The notes beneath the pieces were generated by a model. The model made no database searches. It was given only the letters and a program-made list of their open reading frames with translations, and was not told the DNA's origin. The translations under genes were made by a program, and so were the position numbers. From positions 173,414,001-173,478,000 of the forward strand of contig OX597815.1 of the NCBI GenBank assembly GCA_951406725.2: a stretch of DNA of 64,000 bases, written 5' to 3'. Within the stretch, counting starts at the first letter, position 1, and the number at the start of each line of letters is the position of its first letter. The stretch is from Octopus vulgaris (taxonomy: Eukaryota). Shown piece by piece: positions 25,268-39,105 of this stretch.

Positions 25268-26360
25268 CTACAAATAAAATTAACACAGATGTAAGTTCAC
25301 ATTTGAGACAATGAAAGAATCAAAGACAAAAGTTATGTTACAAAATAAGATTAAAATTTAGGAGCAGCAATGCAAATATATATATTAAGTAGCTTTTTCA
25401 AAGAGATCATTTTTTTCTCAAATGTCAACTTTAGATACAATGGAATACTAATTGTAACTGCCAAAATTTTAAGTGTTAGTTTTCGATTATATAATACACA
25501 TTGTATGTTTTTATTTGAAGTATGAGTGCAAAAGCAAATAACTAACTATATATAAGAGCATCAACAAGGAAACTGGTTTGAGTGTCAACAGTTTTTGTTC
25601 ATGTTGTTAAGTCATTTGTATCTCTGCTTAATTTAAAACCATTTTACAAGAGTTATTTTAGTATTCCTTAGGGTTAAACTGTCTGACTTTCCTTGAAAAT
25701 ATAACAAGTTACACAATGCCAAAATATCTATACATACAATAAGAAAAGAATAAAATAAGTGAATAAATAAATAAAGATTAAATCTTGAAATAAAGGAACT
25801 TGAAAAGCAATTTGAACATGTGTTCAGAAAGATGTTTTGATAAACAAACAATTTTGAAGAAAAACTGAATTTTAAGGATATTTGATTTCAAGAAAGCAAT
25901 ATCATTGGTGCTAATTTACTAATTCTTTTCTGTGATTCATTTAGTCTAATTCAAATACAACCATATGAATGAGAGAGAGAGAGGGGAGGGAGGAGTAAAT
26001 TGAAAAACTTCAGTAGTTTTAGATGGGCCACATTAATAAAATTAGATGCTTTTAAATTAATTAGGTACAAAAAGTTTGTGTTTATGTTAAGAAAATTAAA
26101 TATCTTGATCTACATTAAGGAAGACTATTTCAAATTTATATTTCTCAACATCAAGCTTGAGCAATTATTCACCGTTAAAAGAATGAAAATATGTAAATTC
26201 TTCATATATTTCAAGTTTTGATAAGGCTCCTCTCAAAATAACATCAGACTTTACATTTAAGAAGAGAACTTAAATTAATCTAATAAACACAATGTTTAAG
26301 GTTGGTTATAATTATGTTCATAATAAAAAAGGAGAACGTGAAGATAAACAACAAATTTAC

Positions 26361-26496
26361 CTTGTATAGCTGTTTGTCTGATGGGGCAAGTTCTTTGGCT
26401 ATAGTAAGTTTCTTCTCAGCTTCATTAAGCCATGACATAATATCCTTCAAGTCACAGTGGAACTGGCGCCATTGCTCGACAGCTTTGCTCCATCGT
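26361..26496 (-). CDS. DMD: Dystrophin coding exon, equivalent to human exon 44, 136 nt
   Basis: tttgcag|A acceptor and AAG|gtaaat donor (phase 2 to 0). Encodes RWSKAVEQWRQFHCDLKDIMSWLNEAEKKLTIAKELAPSDKQLYK, versus human RFDRSVEKWRRFHYDIKIFNQWLTEAE. Not in the ORF track. Confidence 0.93.
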
Positions 26497-26829
26497 CTGC
26501 AAACACAATGTTTATTATGTTATCAGAAAATATAAAAAGAATATTTGAGACACAAAGCAATTAAGCTAAATGTTAAAGAACAAAAGCAAAAATTGTAAAA
26601 TTGATTTTTTTTTTCCAAATAATTTGAAAGTAAATGAAGCTGATCTTGGCCATTAATTTGATAGGATAAGGTCATGAGTTCTATATATTTAAGAGATTAG
26701 ATTATAAAATAAACAAACTATTATTAAAATTGCAAAGTAATTTGATGAAACATTCCAAACTAGCACTAAATTCATTTGCATGTTTCTCAGTTTGTCAGAG
26801 CAGCATGTAACTACAAATGCATATATAAT

Positions 26830-26842
26830 TGAGAGAGGAGAG

Positions 26843-26910
<68 letters not shown>
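26830..26910. repeat. (GA)n microsatellite
   Basis: Directly visible. Confidence 0.95.
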
Positions 26911-26913
<3 letters not shown>

Positions 26914-27429
26914 TTTTTTTCTTGAGTTAGTTCTGATATATGAGTATTTGCCAGTGGGTGGGGAATGCGTACACTATTTCTGTGCATATGTGTAGAGTAG
27001 TTCAGTAAAGTGAGAACTGATATAGAGGAAATTGACACCTCTAATGGTTGCAACCATACCAATGCATGTAGGATATTAACTATTCTGGCACTTTCAAATA
27101 AACGAGACAAATGAGTGATCCTAGTGATGTTAAAAGTAATGGATATAAAAGACCTACAAGTGGTAGAGAGCACACCGTTTATGGCAGAAATTGACCATTG
27201 ATGGTACTGCATCAAGATCTGGCTGCTGAAGCAATCACCCACTCTCTCTCTCTTGTGGATACTGACAGTGAAGTGAAAGGCTTTGGCTGTAGACATGAAG
27301 TGATCACTGTCTGAGACCTACCCTAGTTCTGCTACAAATTTTGTTTCGAAGTGACTTAATCCTTGTATCAAAATTTCATGTTAATTTATGTTCCAAATAC
27401 CACCAGTACAATTTTTCATTATTTCAAAA

Positions 27430-27920
27430 TTAATTGAAACAGAGACAGTTCTACTCAACAGAAATAAGGATTAATGCACTGCTTTTAAGCCAATGTATAT
27501 TCCACAAGGACAGTGATCAGCAAATAGTAAACTATAAACTTTCATTCTATCTTTCCTAGACTGATTTGACTTTCTATAAGTTAAAGTATGTCTGTTCTGA
27601 AACCGGATGTTCACACCACCAGCGAGATAATGGAATTCAGTTCCAAGTATTGCTGAAATAATTATCCGAAAAGTATATATACATGAATGAATCTCTACTG
27701 GCTTCATACCACTGGAATAAAAAAAAATCAGATAGATATCTTCCTTGCAAGACAGCATGTAACATTAACCCAGCACTGGTTTTTTCAAGTAGAAGGATTG
27801 GATGATCTCAGTTATTTTATCTTGCATACCTAGATCAGCAAATATCATGTATAGATTCTGCTGAGGTTTTCCTGAACAGGTACACACCAAGGATCATACC
27901 TACACTACCATGCCTGAATT
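27430..27920 (-). mobile_element. Decayed RTE-like RT fragment
   Basis: GVNIRFQ...KVYSLLFAD remnant in the minus-strand ORF 27471-27758. Confidence 0.45.
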
Positions 27921-28627
27921 AATGTTACAAATATATATATATATATATATATATACAGCTTAGCTTCAATGGTAGTAGTTAAATATCATCACTATCTGTA
28001 GATGCTTTTGCAAACATTTTGTGTTTTTGTCATGAAGAATTAGCTTGTGATTTTTGGCTAGAATATATAACCAGGCTTGTGACTTCCATAAAACAAAATC
28101 CTAGAGTATAGTTCAATTTTTATTTTAGATATTAGGGCAAATATAACCAAGGAGCTTTTTAAGTTAGTCTTACTTCATTTTATAAAAAATACAGGTATTA
28201 TTAGATCTTTAGTATAAATTCTATGAAATTTTTTACTCTTGTTGCAAAAATTTAATGAATTCGAAAAATGCAAACATATTAAGTAATAGTAATACAAAAA
28301 CTGAGACTAAGAATAATTGTAGGAACTTTCATAAATTTTCAGTTAATGGTAACAGTTTTTCCAGTTCCTTAGCATATACTGCATTAATTGTGATTGAATG
28401 ATGTCTTGCATTGAATCAACATAAAATAATTTTAAATGAGATTCTATTTGCATTAGTAATTATTGGTTAACCCAAATGAGAAGTCTACTATTGGACTTTC
28501 AAATAGTGATAGTGACTTTGATAGTCTATCATTCATTACTTGTCACACTTGCTTACAAGCATGACAATAGAAGAAAGAAGCCAAGGTGTCATTGCTTCAC
28601 AAAAAATATTTTAATACAACAGTAAAA

Positions 28628-28800
28628 TGAGCTGGCAGAATTGCTACTGTGCTGGGCAAAATGCTTAATGGTTATTCTTCTGACTTAATGTTCTGAGTTC
28701 AAATGTGACTGGGGTTGATTTTGGGTTTTATCCTTTCGGGGGTCAATAAAATAAGTACCATTTGAGCAATGGGGTTGATGTAATCAACTTACACCTTCCT
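28628..28800 (+). mobile_element. Diverged SINE family 1 copy
   Basis: gagctggcagaatt...ttctgagttcaaat...taagtacca. Confidence 0.75.
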
Positions 28801-29244
28801 TTGTACCATAATTTGAAACAACTTGGACTAATGAATCATCATCCAGAGTGCCTCTTTATGAAAATCAAAAAGGTTGATGTATAATTTTCATAGGGCTGGT
28901 TCACTTCAGAGCAGGAAGTTTTGATAACTTCTAAGTTTATCATTTATTTCCTTGTTCAGCTTTTTGTTTTCAACTTAACTATGTTCCCTGTGACACCCAC
29001 CTCCAGGTTGTTTTTGCTCATCTTATAAGGGGCTGCAAATGAAAATTCTATTCAGAGTGTTTTCTAGAATTAACTTTTCCTTTTTTTCTTTTTTTTTTTG
29101 TTTGAACTATATGACATACTGGCACTTTCTTTGTCTTACTTTCTGTGTTTGAGACAGTAGTATTTGAGCATGAATTAGTCAAATATTTGCTTCAGATTTT
29201 GGTTCAGGGCTAACAATTTCAAGGTAGAGGTTAAGTGATCAACA

Positions 29245-29362
29245 GGTACCTATTTTATTGACCCTAAAAGGATGAAAGGCAAAGTCAACATCGACAGAAT
29301 TTGAACTCACAATATAAAGATGGACAAAATGCTGCTAAGCGTTTTGACTGGTATGCTAATGG
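29245..29362 (-). mobile_element. Partial SINE family 1 copy, inverted relative to 28628
   Basis: aaggatgaaaggcaaagtcaac...gaatttgaactca...gctaagc. Confidence 0.7.
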
Positions 29363-29640
29363 TTCTGTTAAATGTCTTACGAAACGTTCACATAGAATTG
29401 CATTGTTATTTTCATTTATTTTATATACATACATATGTACGTGTACAAAGAAACATCTCATTTTTATATACACAAGCAATCAAATGTTATCTATTTCAAT
29501 TAATCTTCATGCATACAGCCAACCAAAAGCTTCTATTTTGTTTTGTTTCAATTTCCTGAATATTTCTTTTTTTTTTGAGGTTTCCATTTTTTATTGCAAA
29601 TTAGATATGTGCTAAGTCAGAGATATGAAATTTGAGCTAA

Positions 29641-30022
29641 TTCTTTTACTTGTTTCAGTCATTTGACTATGGCCATGCTGGAGCACTGCCTTTAGTCAAG
29701 CAAATTAACCCCAGGACTTATTCTTTGTAAGCCTAGTACTTATTCTATCGGTCTCTTTTCCCAAACCGCAAAGTTACGGGGATGTAAACATACCACTATC
29801 AGTTGTCAAGCGATGTTGGGGGGACAAACACAGACACACAAACATATACACACACATACATATATACGACAAGCTTCTTTCAGTTTCCGTCTACCAAATT
29901 CACTCACAAGGTTTTGGTTGGCCCGAGGTTATAGTAGAAGACACTTGCCCAAAGTGCCACACAGTGGGACTGAACCTGGAACCATGTGGTTGGTAAACAA
30001 GCTACTTACCACATAGCCAGTC
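29641..30022 (-). mobile_element. tRNA-derived SINE family 2 (full length, internal CA/TA tract)
   Basis: Minus-strand head tggctatgtggtaag...ggttcagtccc followed by tgggcaagtgtcttctactata. Related copies at about 20720-20900, 23750-23895, 36680-36810, 49150-49500 and 50870-50990. Confidence 0.8.
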
Positions 30023-30620
30023 CTATTAATAAATATATTTTGATAGTCTACATGGCAGTATTAGGTACACACTTTTTAACCTTATGTCCATAAAGTTCTT
30101 GCATTCAAATATTTACAAACATCCATTCATACAAATACATGCACATGTAGGTGTATTTTTAATAAAGAACTCAAAAGAATTTTTGGTCCTTCGTCATTCC
30201 TTATGCTATACCCATACCTTCCATGTTCATCAAAGAAATCATCATGTTGTTATGTAGCATGCTCATTAAAACTGAATCTGTGATAGTGATCTTCATCATT
30301 TGATGTCAAGACACAGAAATAGGCAAGCTCAAAAAAAAAACCCTGTTCTGTTCATCTGTCAGCACTTGTGGTAACTGGCTGTAGCTTCGTCTGTGAACAC
30401 CTTAAGATTAATTATTCTACCACATACCCTGATTACCTCAGTTAATCCATCTATCTATTTCTCTACTAGCAATATACCAACTTCACCACTCCACTCCTAT
30501 TACCCAAACCAGAAAACTTTTATATTTGTTCCTTGCCCTTCAGGTCTGTGGTTGAGGTCTCTCATCATCTTGCTGCTTGAATATAAAGCACAACTTGATT
30601 TTATTGCAGTATTTCTACAA

Positions 30621-30714
30621 TCTCTTGTCACCTACCTTTCACCAATCTGTCATTAATGATGTCAACCTCTCTTGTCACCTACCTTTCACCAATCTGTCAT
30701 TAATGATGTCAACC
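30621..30714. repeat. Perfect 47-bp tandem duplication
   Basis: tctcttgtcacctacctttcaccaatctgtcattaatgatgtcaacc occurs twice. Confidence 0.95.
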
Positions 30715-32539
30715 TTAAGGGCTTGGGCTTGAGAGAAAGAAGGGGAATTTTTGTAGTGTGCAGGTAGATTTAAATCTGTTTTCAGTGCCTGCAAGGATGA
30801 AAGTTTTTGTGGTTGCTTCTTTTACATAGCCAGATGCTTCAACTGATTGACTTGATATTCATACCCTCACTGGAATTACTATTTTCAGTGGCAGAAAGTT
30901 TTACACTTGATTAGTTGCAGATATATTAGCCAGTAAATAAAAATATATATGTACATCTAAGAGGTAAAAAAAATACATATGCATACTTATGTAGATCTGC
31001 ATGCATATACAAATGCGTGCACACACACACAAACACACACTTACTAGCAAAACAGCCATAAATGTAATTAGATGTTGGTGGTATAATATACATATGCAAG
31101 GGATTATGGGTTCTACATGTGTGTGTATATATGGAAATATGAGCTCTATGTATAATGGGGGGGGGTTCCCCTGCACATACAGCTTTCAGAGTGAGGCTGA
31201 TATCATAGTTCTAATTGTGAAGAGAGCACATCAAAACAGTCTTTATGTAATTTGGTTGGGGGAGGAGGGGGTGAGTTGTCATATAGCAAGAATGAAAACA
31301 TGATTCTTTGCAAGACAATAAAACTTAATGCAGAGCCTGGCTAAACATTTTGTATATTATATATAAAATATTTTGTATATTATTTGTATATTCAAAACAT
31401 TATCTAACGTGTTTTTCTGTCTATTCTTAAACTAGGTAAATAAGTATCTTCATAGAAATATCATTAAAAAATTGTTTTATGTTAATACATTATTTGAATA
31501 ATAAGTTGATGGTGATGAAAGTAAATAATAAAGTAAATCAAAATGAATTGTGGCTCCACATCTTACATGCCTTATGTATGATAATGGTTCTGATGCAGTT
31601 ATGGAATTACCAAACAAAAGAGAGAAGTCATGGGCTCACTCTTAGACAAATCAAAAGATACACCTCACTCATATGTTCTACCTTTGACATGGTTTCTATG
31701 GCTAGATGTCCTTTCTAACACCAGCTATTTTACAGAGTGTAATGGATATATTTTATTATGGCACTAGAGAGGTTGTCATGTCCTCGACAAAGCAAAACAG
31801 AAGAGCCTTTTGACCTTACGTTCTCTCCACTCATTCACCAACCTCCTAACAGACAGAAAGGATAATGGAAGATATTACTAGCTGGCTGAAGTGAGAAACA
31901 GAAGATAGCAGGAGAGAAGCACTGATGGCAACTATATGTTTGCTGGTAAGAGAGAGCACAAGTGATGGATAATTGTAGAAGTGGTCAATAGTATGAGAGT
32001 GTAATGGATATGAGTAATGAGTGACCTAGTGGAGAGGGTGTTATGACCAGCAATATAGAAAGGTAATGCAACACTAATAGAAAATACATGTCTGTTGGTA
32101 AAAGAGAGCGAGAGTGATGAACAGTGAAGATGGTGATGGTAGGAGAGAGTGATGAATGAAAATAAAAGAGTGAACTGAGGAGGAGAGAGCGATGAGTAAT
32201 AGCAGTAGAAGAGGGTAGATGGAAGAGTGTATGGGGTACTAACAAGTATGATGTAATCTCTCATTATTCAGACATCATAATGAAAGAAAGAGCAGGAGGT
32301 TACAAATGGAAACATATTGAGTATGGAAAGATTTGTTTTGTTTCCTTACATAAGGGCATGGTATAGTGATTACAATGGGGTAATAGTTGGTGTTGAATAA
32401 ACAAGGAGGGAGCAGATAGAGAGTTAGTAAGTAGAAAACGGGTGAAAAACTTTGAAAACTCAGTTGTAAAAATGTTATATATATCCCAACTTCCATCGTC
32501 ACCCAAATTTCATCAATAAGTTCCATGTTTGCATGTGTG

Positions 32540-33860
32540 GTCAAATCTTCTCCAGTCCCACATGTTGGCAATCATCTCTCTACTCTGTAATCTCCTTGAC
32601 GAAGTTCCATATCATAAGATTGGTCTTCGATATTTCACAGGAAATTTTCCTTGTCTCTCACACTTCTAAAGGTTCCATCAATTTGGAGCACTAAGAAATT
32701 CTTTATACAACTGCCATCCTCCATATGCACACATCAGTGAAGTCTTCTCTCTTTCACACTATATTTGATTCCTCTTATAGTCAGTTTTCTCTCAGTTCAT
32801 TTGTACTTTGCTGTTTATGACCATTAACATTACACATACAATGGATCATACTTGCTTCATTTTACTGTACTCTTAGCCAATCTTTTGCATTCAAGTTCTG
32901 TGCCTTGCAACCAGGCATCATTGAATTTCATACACATGCACTAAACAATACAACCATCTATGATGAAGGAAACTTAAAGAGGTAATAACCCCTTGAACAT
33001 TATGCAACCCATTCTTATATTCTTATTCTGGATACTGTGCTCTCAAAACATCCACCTCCACTGTTAATTAGGTCACCTAGATAACAAAAGCTATCAACTA
33101 TTTTTAGGGAGCCTTCTTATAAATATTTAGGAAAATCTATTTCATAGTACTCTTAATGTTTACTTATACCTGCGTGTTTGCTGTATTTTCCTTCATAAAT
33201 CCCATTACATGTTTTGTATTCCTTAGTTTACAATAGGTGCATCATATGTAATTCCAACCAACTCCTCTTCTGCATATCAAACATTGGCTATTTCTGTCAT
33301 GGTACCATGACTGTCTTCTATCCAACTTTTAAAATTTTTACAAAGTTTACTTTGAGGTTCTCAATTCCAGCAATTTCTCTTTATGAAAACAAAATCAATT
33401 CACATAGACAGCTGTCTTGAATTCTTCAGTATAACTTGGAGAACTATAATAAACAGATGGTGGCTGAACAACTGAGTTATACTGGACAACAACTTTCAGA
33501 TAAATTCATTGCTAAATACTTTCTTGTCCTACCTGATTGACTATGCATAAGACTAGTGCACGATTTACCCTGCCAGATATTTCCAGCATGTCAACTATTA
33601 TATCCAACAGTCCAGTTGCTTCCCCCATTTCATAATCCTTAATTATTTTACTTATTATAATCTGTCAATTTGGAAGGCTGGTGCCTCTGTTGAGTATTTT
33701 GGGACTAGGTGCTCTCTCTCTTCCACAAATTGTCCTCATTCAACAATCTCTTAAAATAACATTTCCTTGCCTCCTACTTTTTAGCATTGTTAAAAGCAGG
33801 TATCATTTTCAATACCCTTCTCGCTAACAATGTCTCAATTTTCTCTGGTACATTGTCTTG
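32540..33860 (-). mobile_element. Decayed RTE-clade LINE
   Basis: Reverse-complement similarity to 5690-6700 (FCYLGD, RIRMG and ICRRGVG-like remnants). Boundaries approximate. Confidence 0.55.
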
Positions 33861-34399
33861 CAATTTGGGTAAACAAATAAGTAAATATTTTCCTATATTA
33901 TTATTTAAAATATTATTCTACATTAATACATTAAAATGATAATAATTTGCCAGTAGTGAAAGTAAATAATAAAGAAAATCAAAATTATGAATTCTTGAAT
34001 TAATATCTTAACTCTCTTGTGTGTGATAAATGGTTCAGGACAATAAAATTAATGGTAGAAGCAGACAATGCATTATCTAACAACATAGATAAATAAGCAT
34101 TTTCATATAACATTAATCTTACACACACCTATTTATATAAAAACCAAATAAAAACAAGAATCAGAGGAACTAGTGGTGGTCTATGTTAGCAAACATTATT
34201 CAGTGAAGTTCATGAATATGGATAAGTTTGTTAACCATGGGGAGATAAAAGTATCCTAATGGGTTGAGCGAAGCCCTTCCACAAAGAAGAAAATTAAAAT
34301 ATATATATATATAACACATAAGTCATTTTTCATTGTTATTCATTGTTAGCTTGATTATTATCATTTGGAACTGATAGTGAATATTTTAAGCAATATTAA

Positions 34400-37300
34400 C
34401 CAAACTACTCACCCTAACTAACCCATACACCAGATGTATACTATATTCACTTGAGAAAGATGTCACAAACTTTTAACAAAAAGGATACTGTAGGGTTACA
34501 AAAAAATGAAGGAAAATACACTATTGATACCAATAATGCTTTCAACTGCCTCATAAACTAAAATCCCTTTATATACAAAAGAATTTATACCAATGCACAC
34601 ATACTTTCAAGCCAACTATAACTTTTCCAGACATTAACTTCTGTACTACACATTTAGCTACCACAACAATGATCCTCCAACTATTCTTAGACCATCTATG
34701 AAGGAAACAATAACATTTAATGAAGGAAACAAATAATATTTAATGAAGGAAACAAATACATTTCTACAAACTTAAAAAGCTTATTGGAATGAGTTCCACC
34801 AAAAACAGAATTAAGGTTTCCCTATTTCCATATCACCTAAATTCACCAATATAGACAATGCAGTACATGCATTTAATAAAATAATTTTAAATGATCCCAA
34901 AAGTATATCCCAGAAGGTAATATAATATATGACCAATTAATATATCAGAAATAATAGACAACTGCACAAAAGTCAGGAAGCTCTGGGATACTGCACCAAC
35001 ACCACATGCAACAAAAAACAGAAAACTGGCAAACATTTGTATTGAATACAAACTAGAAAATGGGCATTAAAGCACTATATAGAATAATTATCAACAACAA
35101 CATTGAACAAAATAGCCATACTTCAGTACCAAGCAAATGTTCTTTGACATTTTTTGCTAAAATCAAACACTAAAAATCAGACAAGAACATAAAATGAAAA
35201 CTATACACTTCCAACCTAGATCATGATTTTTGTCATCTTCATTTCATCAAACAAAAACAAGCAATAGAATATTCTGGAAACTCAAAAGCCTCAGGGCCAG
35301 TATCAAAAACTTGAAGGGATCATTGCATTAACTAATATCTTCAATTACTTGTACCAACACTGCCCAATTCCCAGAATTTGGAGAATGAGAAAAATCATAA
35401 ACAATTCTAAAGCCCAACAAAAGCCCAAACAAAGTAACATTATACAGGCCCATTACACTCCTAAGCACCACCTCAAACATTCTGGAAAAAAATACTAATC
35501 CATGACATCAGTAACCTACACATTTAATTCAAATCAGAACATGGATTTAGCCCATTATACTTAATATACTCATGAACTTAACATACAAAAATTATTTTTT
35601 ATTGAAGAAAAGAAAACCTGTCACATGCACCGTGCTAATTTCCACTTTTTCCATTAGCAAAACTTATTCACTTAAAGAAAATCTACTTCACACAAAATCA
35701 TATTGTCAAGACTATGTAGTAGGCAAAAACACTTCTAGAATTTTCAGCTTCCTAAAAAGAGAACTAGACAGATTTGTCATTTCACTCTTTTCAAGCCATG
35801 CCCTCCAGCAACTTCTCAAAACATACATATGATCTCATATATATACACATATATGACTGACACCAAACACCATCCTGTTGCCAATCTCCAGACACATATG
35901 CACAACTCCTCAGACTCTACATTATTCATCCACAAACTTAGTTCCAAAATAATAGACTATAAGTAGCACTTACCAAATTCAGTCTCTCTGGCCAGCAGGG
36001 AAACAGTTTTTTGATCTAAATATCAAATACGATCAACTACCAAACCCAACAATATCAACAAACCCCCATACAGAAAGCTGATACTTACAAAGTTACATAC
36101 AACACATCTCCAATATTTACAGCACTCACAAAAGACATAGTAAAGAAAGAAAAATGAGACACAAATCTACCTAGAGCACCAACAATGCATTAGAATTACC
36201 ATGGAATATACTAGTTCTACCTGGGTCCTTAATCTCTCCACGAGGAACCTCAATAAACAAAATAGTAAACAGAACAGTACACTATGCATCATTACGGACT
36301 GAACACAAGCTATCAACATAACAATGATATTACAAATGAAAGACCACTTAAACTTGCATGGAGTACAGTTTTTATAATAACAAACCTCACTCTCAGTTAC
36401 TGCTTTTACATTAAAACTCACCATCAAACACACAAATCATCATTTAATGTTCACTTTTCTATATTTGCATGAATCAGATGGAATTTGTTGAGGCAGATTT
36501 TCTATGGCTGGATGCCCTTCCTGTCGCCAACTCTTATTTGTTTTCAAGATAACACTTTTCCATGGTCAAACATGTTTCTCATGGGAGACTTAAAATGAAC
36601 AACCTTGTTTATATGACAATGGTGTTTGTTTATAACTATCACATGATGTCAAGTCAAGGATGGGGAGAGAGAGAGAGAGAGTTCTTTCAGTTTCTGTCTA
36701 CCGAATCCATTCACAAAATGTTGGTTGGCCAGAGGCAATAGAAGATGCCCAAGGTACTGCATAGTGGGACCACATGAATAGAAAGCCAACTTCTTAATCA
36801 CACAACTATGCCTATCCCTACAACAGACAGACACTCACACAAAACTAAAGAATACTGCAACACCCTCTCTCACTCAATCAAAGTAAATGTAAAAGAAGAA
36901 GAAAAAATACACATGGACAATGAAATAGCTACAACTTCAAAAGCATCACTAGACCCAAATACCCAAATATTGCACAGAGATGTCCACCATAGACATGTAT
37001 AACTGAACTGACCTTGTTCACCTTTGTTGTAGTCACTACCAGTTATGTGAGTGTGCAGTAACAAACTGATCAGTGAAGAGAGTGAAGGATGTTCAGACTG
37101 TCACATAGTTCCCCTGTACAATTTATTATTGCATATCAGGGTGTACAATATGTTCTCAAATGCATGGAGACATAACAAAAAACACAAAAACAAACAGATC
37201 TACGAGTTACAATATCTAAATAACTACTTACACTCCATAGGATTGCTCAATTAGAGCTTACTTGGGGCTGCAAAACAGTACAACCCCCAACAGATACAGA

Positions 37301-38210
37301 CTTGCAGATGGCATCACAAATCAACTTTTTACTATTTGCCAGACACAACACAATTACAGCTAGTCCAATTACTTGGCAACATGACTCCAAAATAACAAAC
37401 AGAGGCACCTGCCACACCCAGCATCTCTCTTATTACCAACATCAGATAATGTCAATTACAGCCAACCACCACACTCAATAGCATAAACATACCACATACA
37501 CAAATGATAAAATATTAAAAATTACATGAAACACCTCTAACAACATTTACACTACATGTTGAAGGTAGCTTAAATAAAGGAAAATAAGATATGAGAAATT
37601 TGGGAGCACTCACATTTGACCAACACAATAAAACAACAGTTGTTTGCCAACAATATATTTGATCCATCATGGATTATACCAGTCCTCTTACACAACAAAT
37701 AAGAAAATTAAAATGAATGTAAAATAGTGCACTCTTCATTATCTTAAGTTGAACACAGATCACACCCACAAACTATCTCAATGAAACAAAAATACTGAAA
37801 ATGTAATGCCACCAGGACATACAATTTCTTATTGCTGCAAGCTCCTCACAGCCCCTACTAACGGATAAAAAAAATACATTACCTCAGTGACCACGAATCA
37901 ACACATAGATGACACACAAACTGCAGAAAACAGCTTAACTCATTGAAAACATTTACTGACATAAAATCCTAATCAAAAGAAGCCAGCAACAGCCTGGCTG
38001 AAATGCCAATCTCTCAGCTGGAGGCTATTTCAAAACACCCACATCATTACAGACAACCCACCATATCCAAAAATTACCAAAAGGGTAAAACAACACCAAA
38101 ACTTAAATATTATGCTTCTATCCAGGCCATCTCTGTAATTATATGTCCAAATACGGCTCAACACATCAACAATACCTTGAGCAATAGGATACAATTTGTT
38201 TTCTGCTAGG
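34400..38210 (+). mobile_element. Old, fragmented I/Jockey-group LINE remnant(s), interrupted by a SINE
   Basis: A/C-rich strand bias. Remnants KASGP (about 35285), ILKPNK (about 35403) and YRPITLLSTTSNILEK (about 35442). Boundaries approximate. Confidence 0.5.
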
Positions 38211-39079
38211 GACCTAAAGGAGCACAAAATACAATATACAAAAGTTACTACAATATCAATTTTGTGCTCAGTTTTCATCCACCTTTAGTGAATTTTATAA
38301 AACTAGCATCTTACTAATTCATCATAACCATTTTTCATACTGATAAACAAGACTTTATTTTTGTATAGTAACTTGAACAAAACACAGCACATTCTGGCCC
38401 CATATCATACTGAATGCTGGAATAAGTGAAGACCTGAAAGTTTCTTTTGTTTGTCCGGTTACTGCAGAAAGCTGACCAAAGTTGTTTAACACCAACTAGC
38501 AGTTAATCTTAAATCAGTATATTATTACTGCTATTACAAGGGATAATTTAAGCTAGGAAAGATTTTTGACTCAGATCAGTGAGAAACAAACTTAACACCA
38601 ATTTGACTAATTTTTTTTGAGTCATAAGCAGAGTGATTTATTCAGCTTCACACTTGACGGTATCTGAACACCAGATCTACATCATGCTGCTTCCGTAGTA
38701 ACATACAACACTAAATAGTCCAATTGAACTAATTGTAAACAGTGATATTACAGTTCACAATTGTAGTAGTTTTCTAGACCATTGTTTGATGTTTGACTAT
38801 GTTCTTGCACATTAGACCCTTATAATTTCATTTCCCCTTTTGCAGTGTACTGGTCTTAAGTTGTTAATTAATGAGCATCTTTACCTAATTATTATTTGTT
38901 TTTTTTTTTTCCAATATCTATGTAACATACTGTCAAGGCCTTAAATTCATGTGCATAATACCTTGTATATCAACTTCTGAAAAAAGACTAAAAGACAATA
39001 TATTACAAATATCATATAGTCTATGTGACATGACTGCATCTTTTCCTTCACAAATCTCAACAAAGACAAAACAATATAC

Positions 39080-39105
39080 CTTGCTTCAACACGGATTGCA
39101 CACAT
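39080..39105 (-). CDS. Candidate second alternative first exon (coding part MCAIRVEAR)
   Basis: First ATG after an in-frame TGA: ATG TGT GCA ATC CGT GTT GAA GCA AG|gtatat. The phase-2 donor is in frame with the exon at 26496. Lies in a non-repetitive island. Confidence 0.35.

Noticed and set aside
26811-27296. 161-aa minus-strand ORF (MSTAKAF...)
   Set aside because: No recognisable domain or splice sites, and its length is inflated by a (CT)n tract.
28555-28595. Short ATG-initiated frame ending at a gtaagc donor (MTPWLLSSIVML)
   Set aside because: The donor is phase 0, while the next acceptor (26496) requires phase 2.
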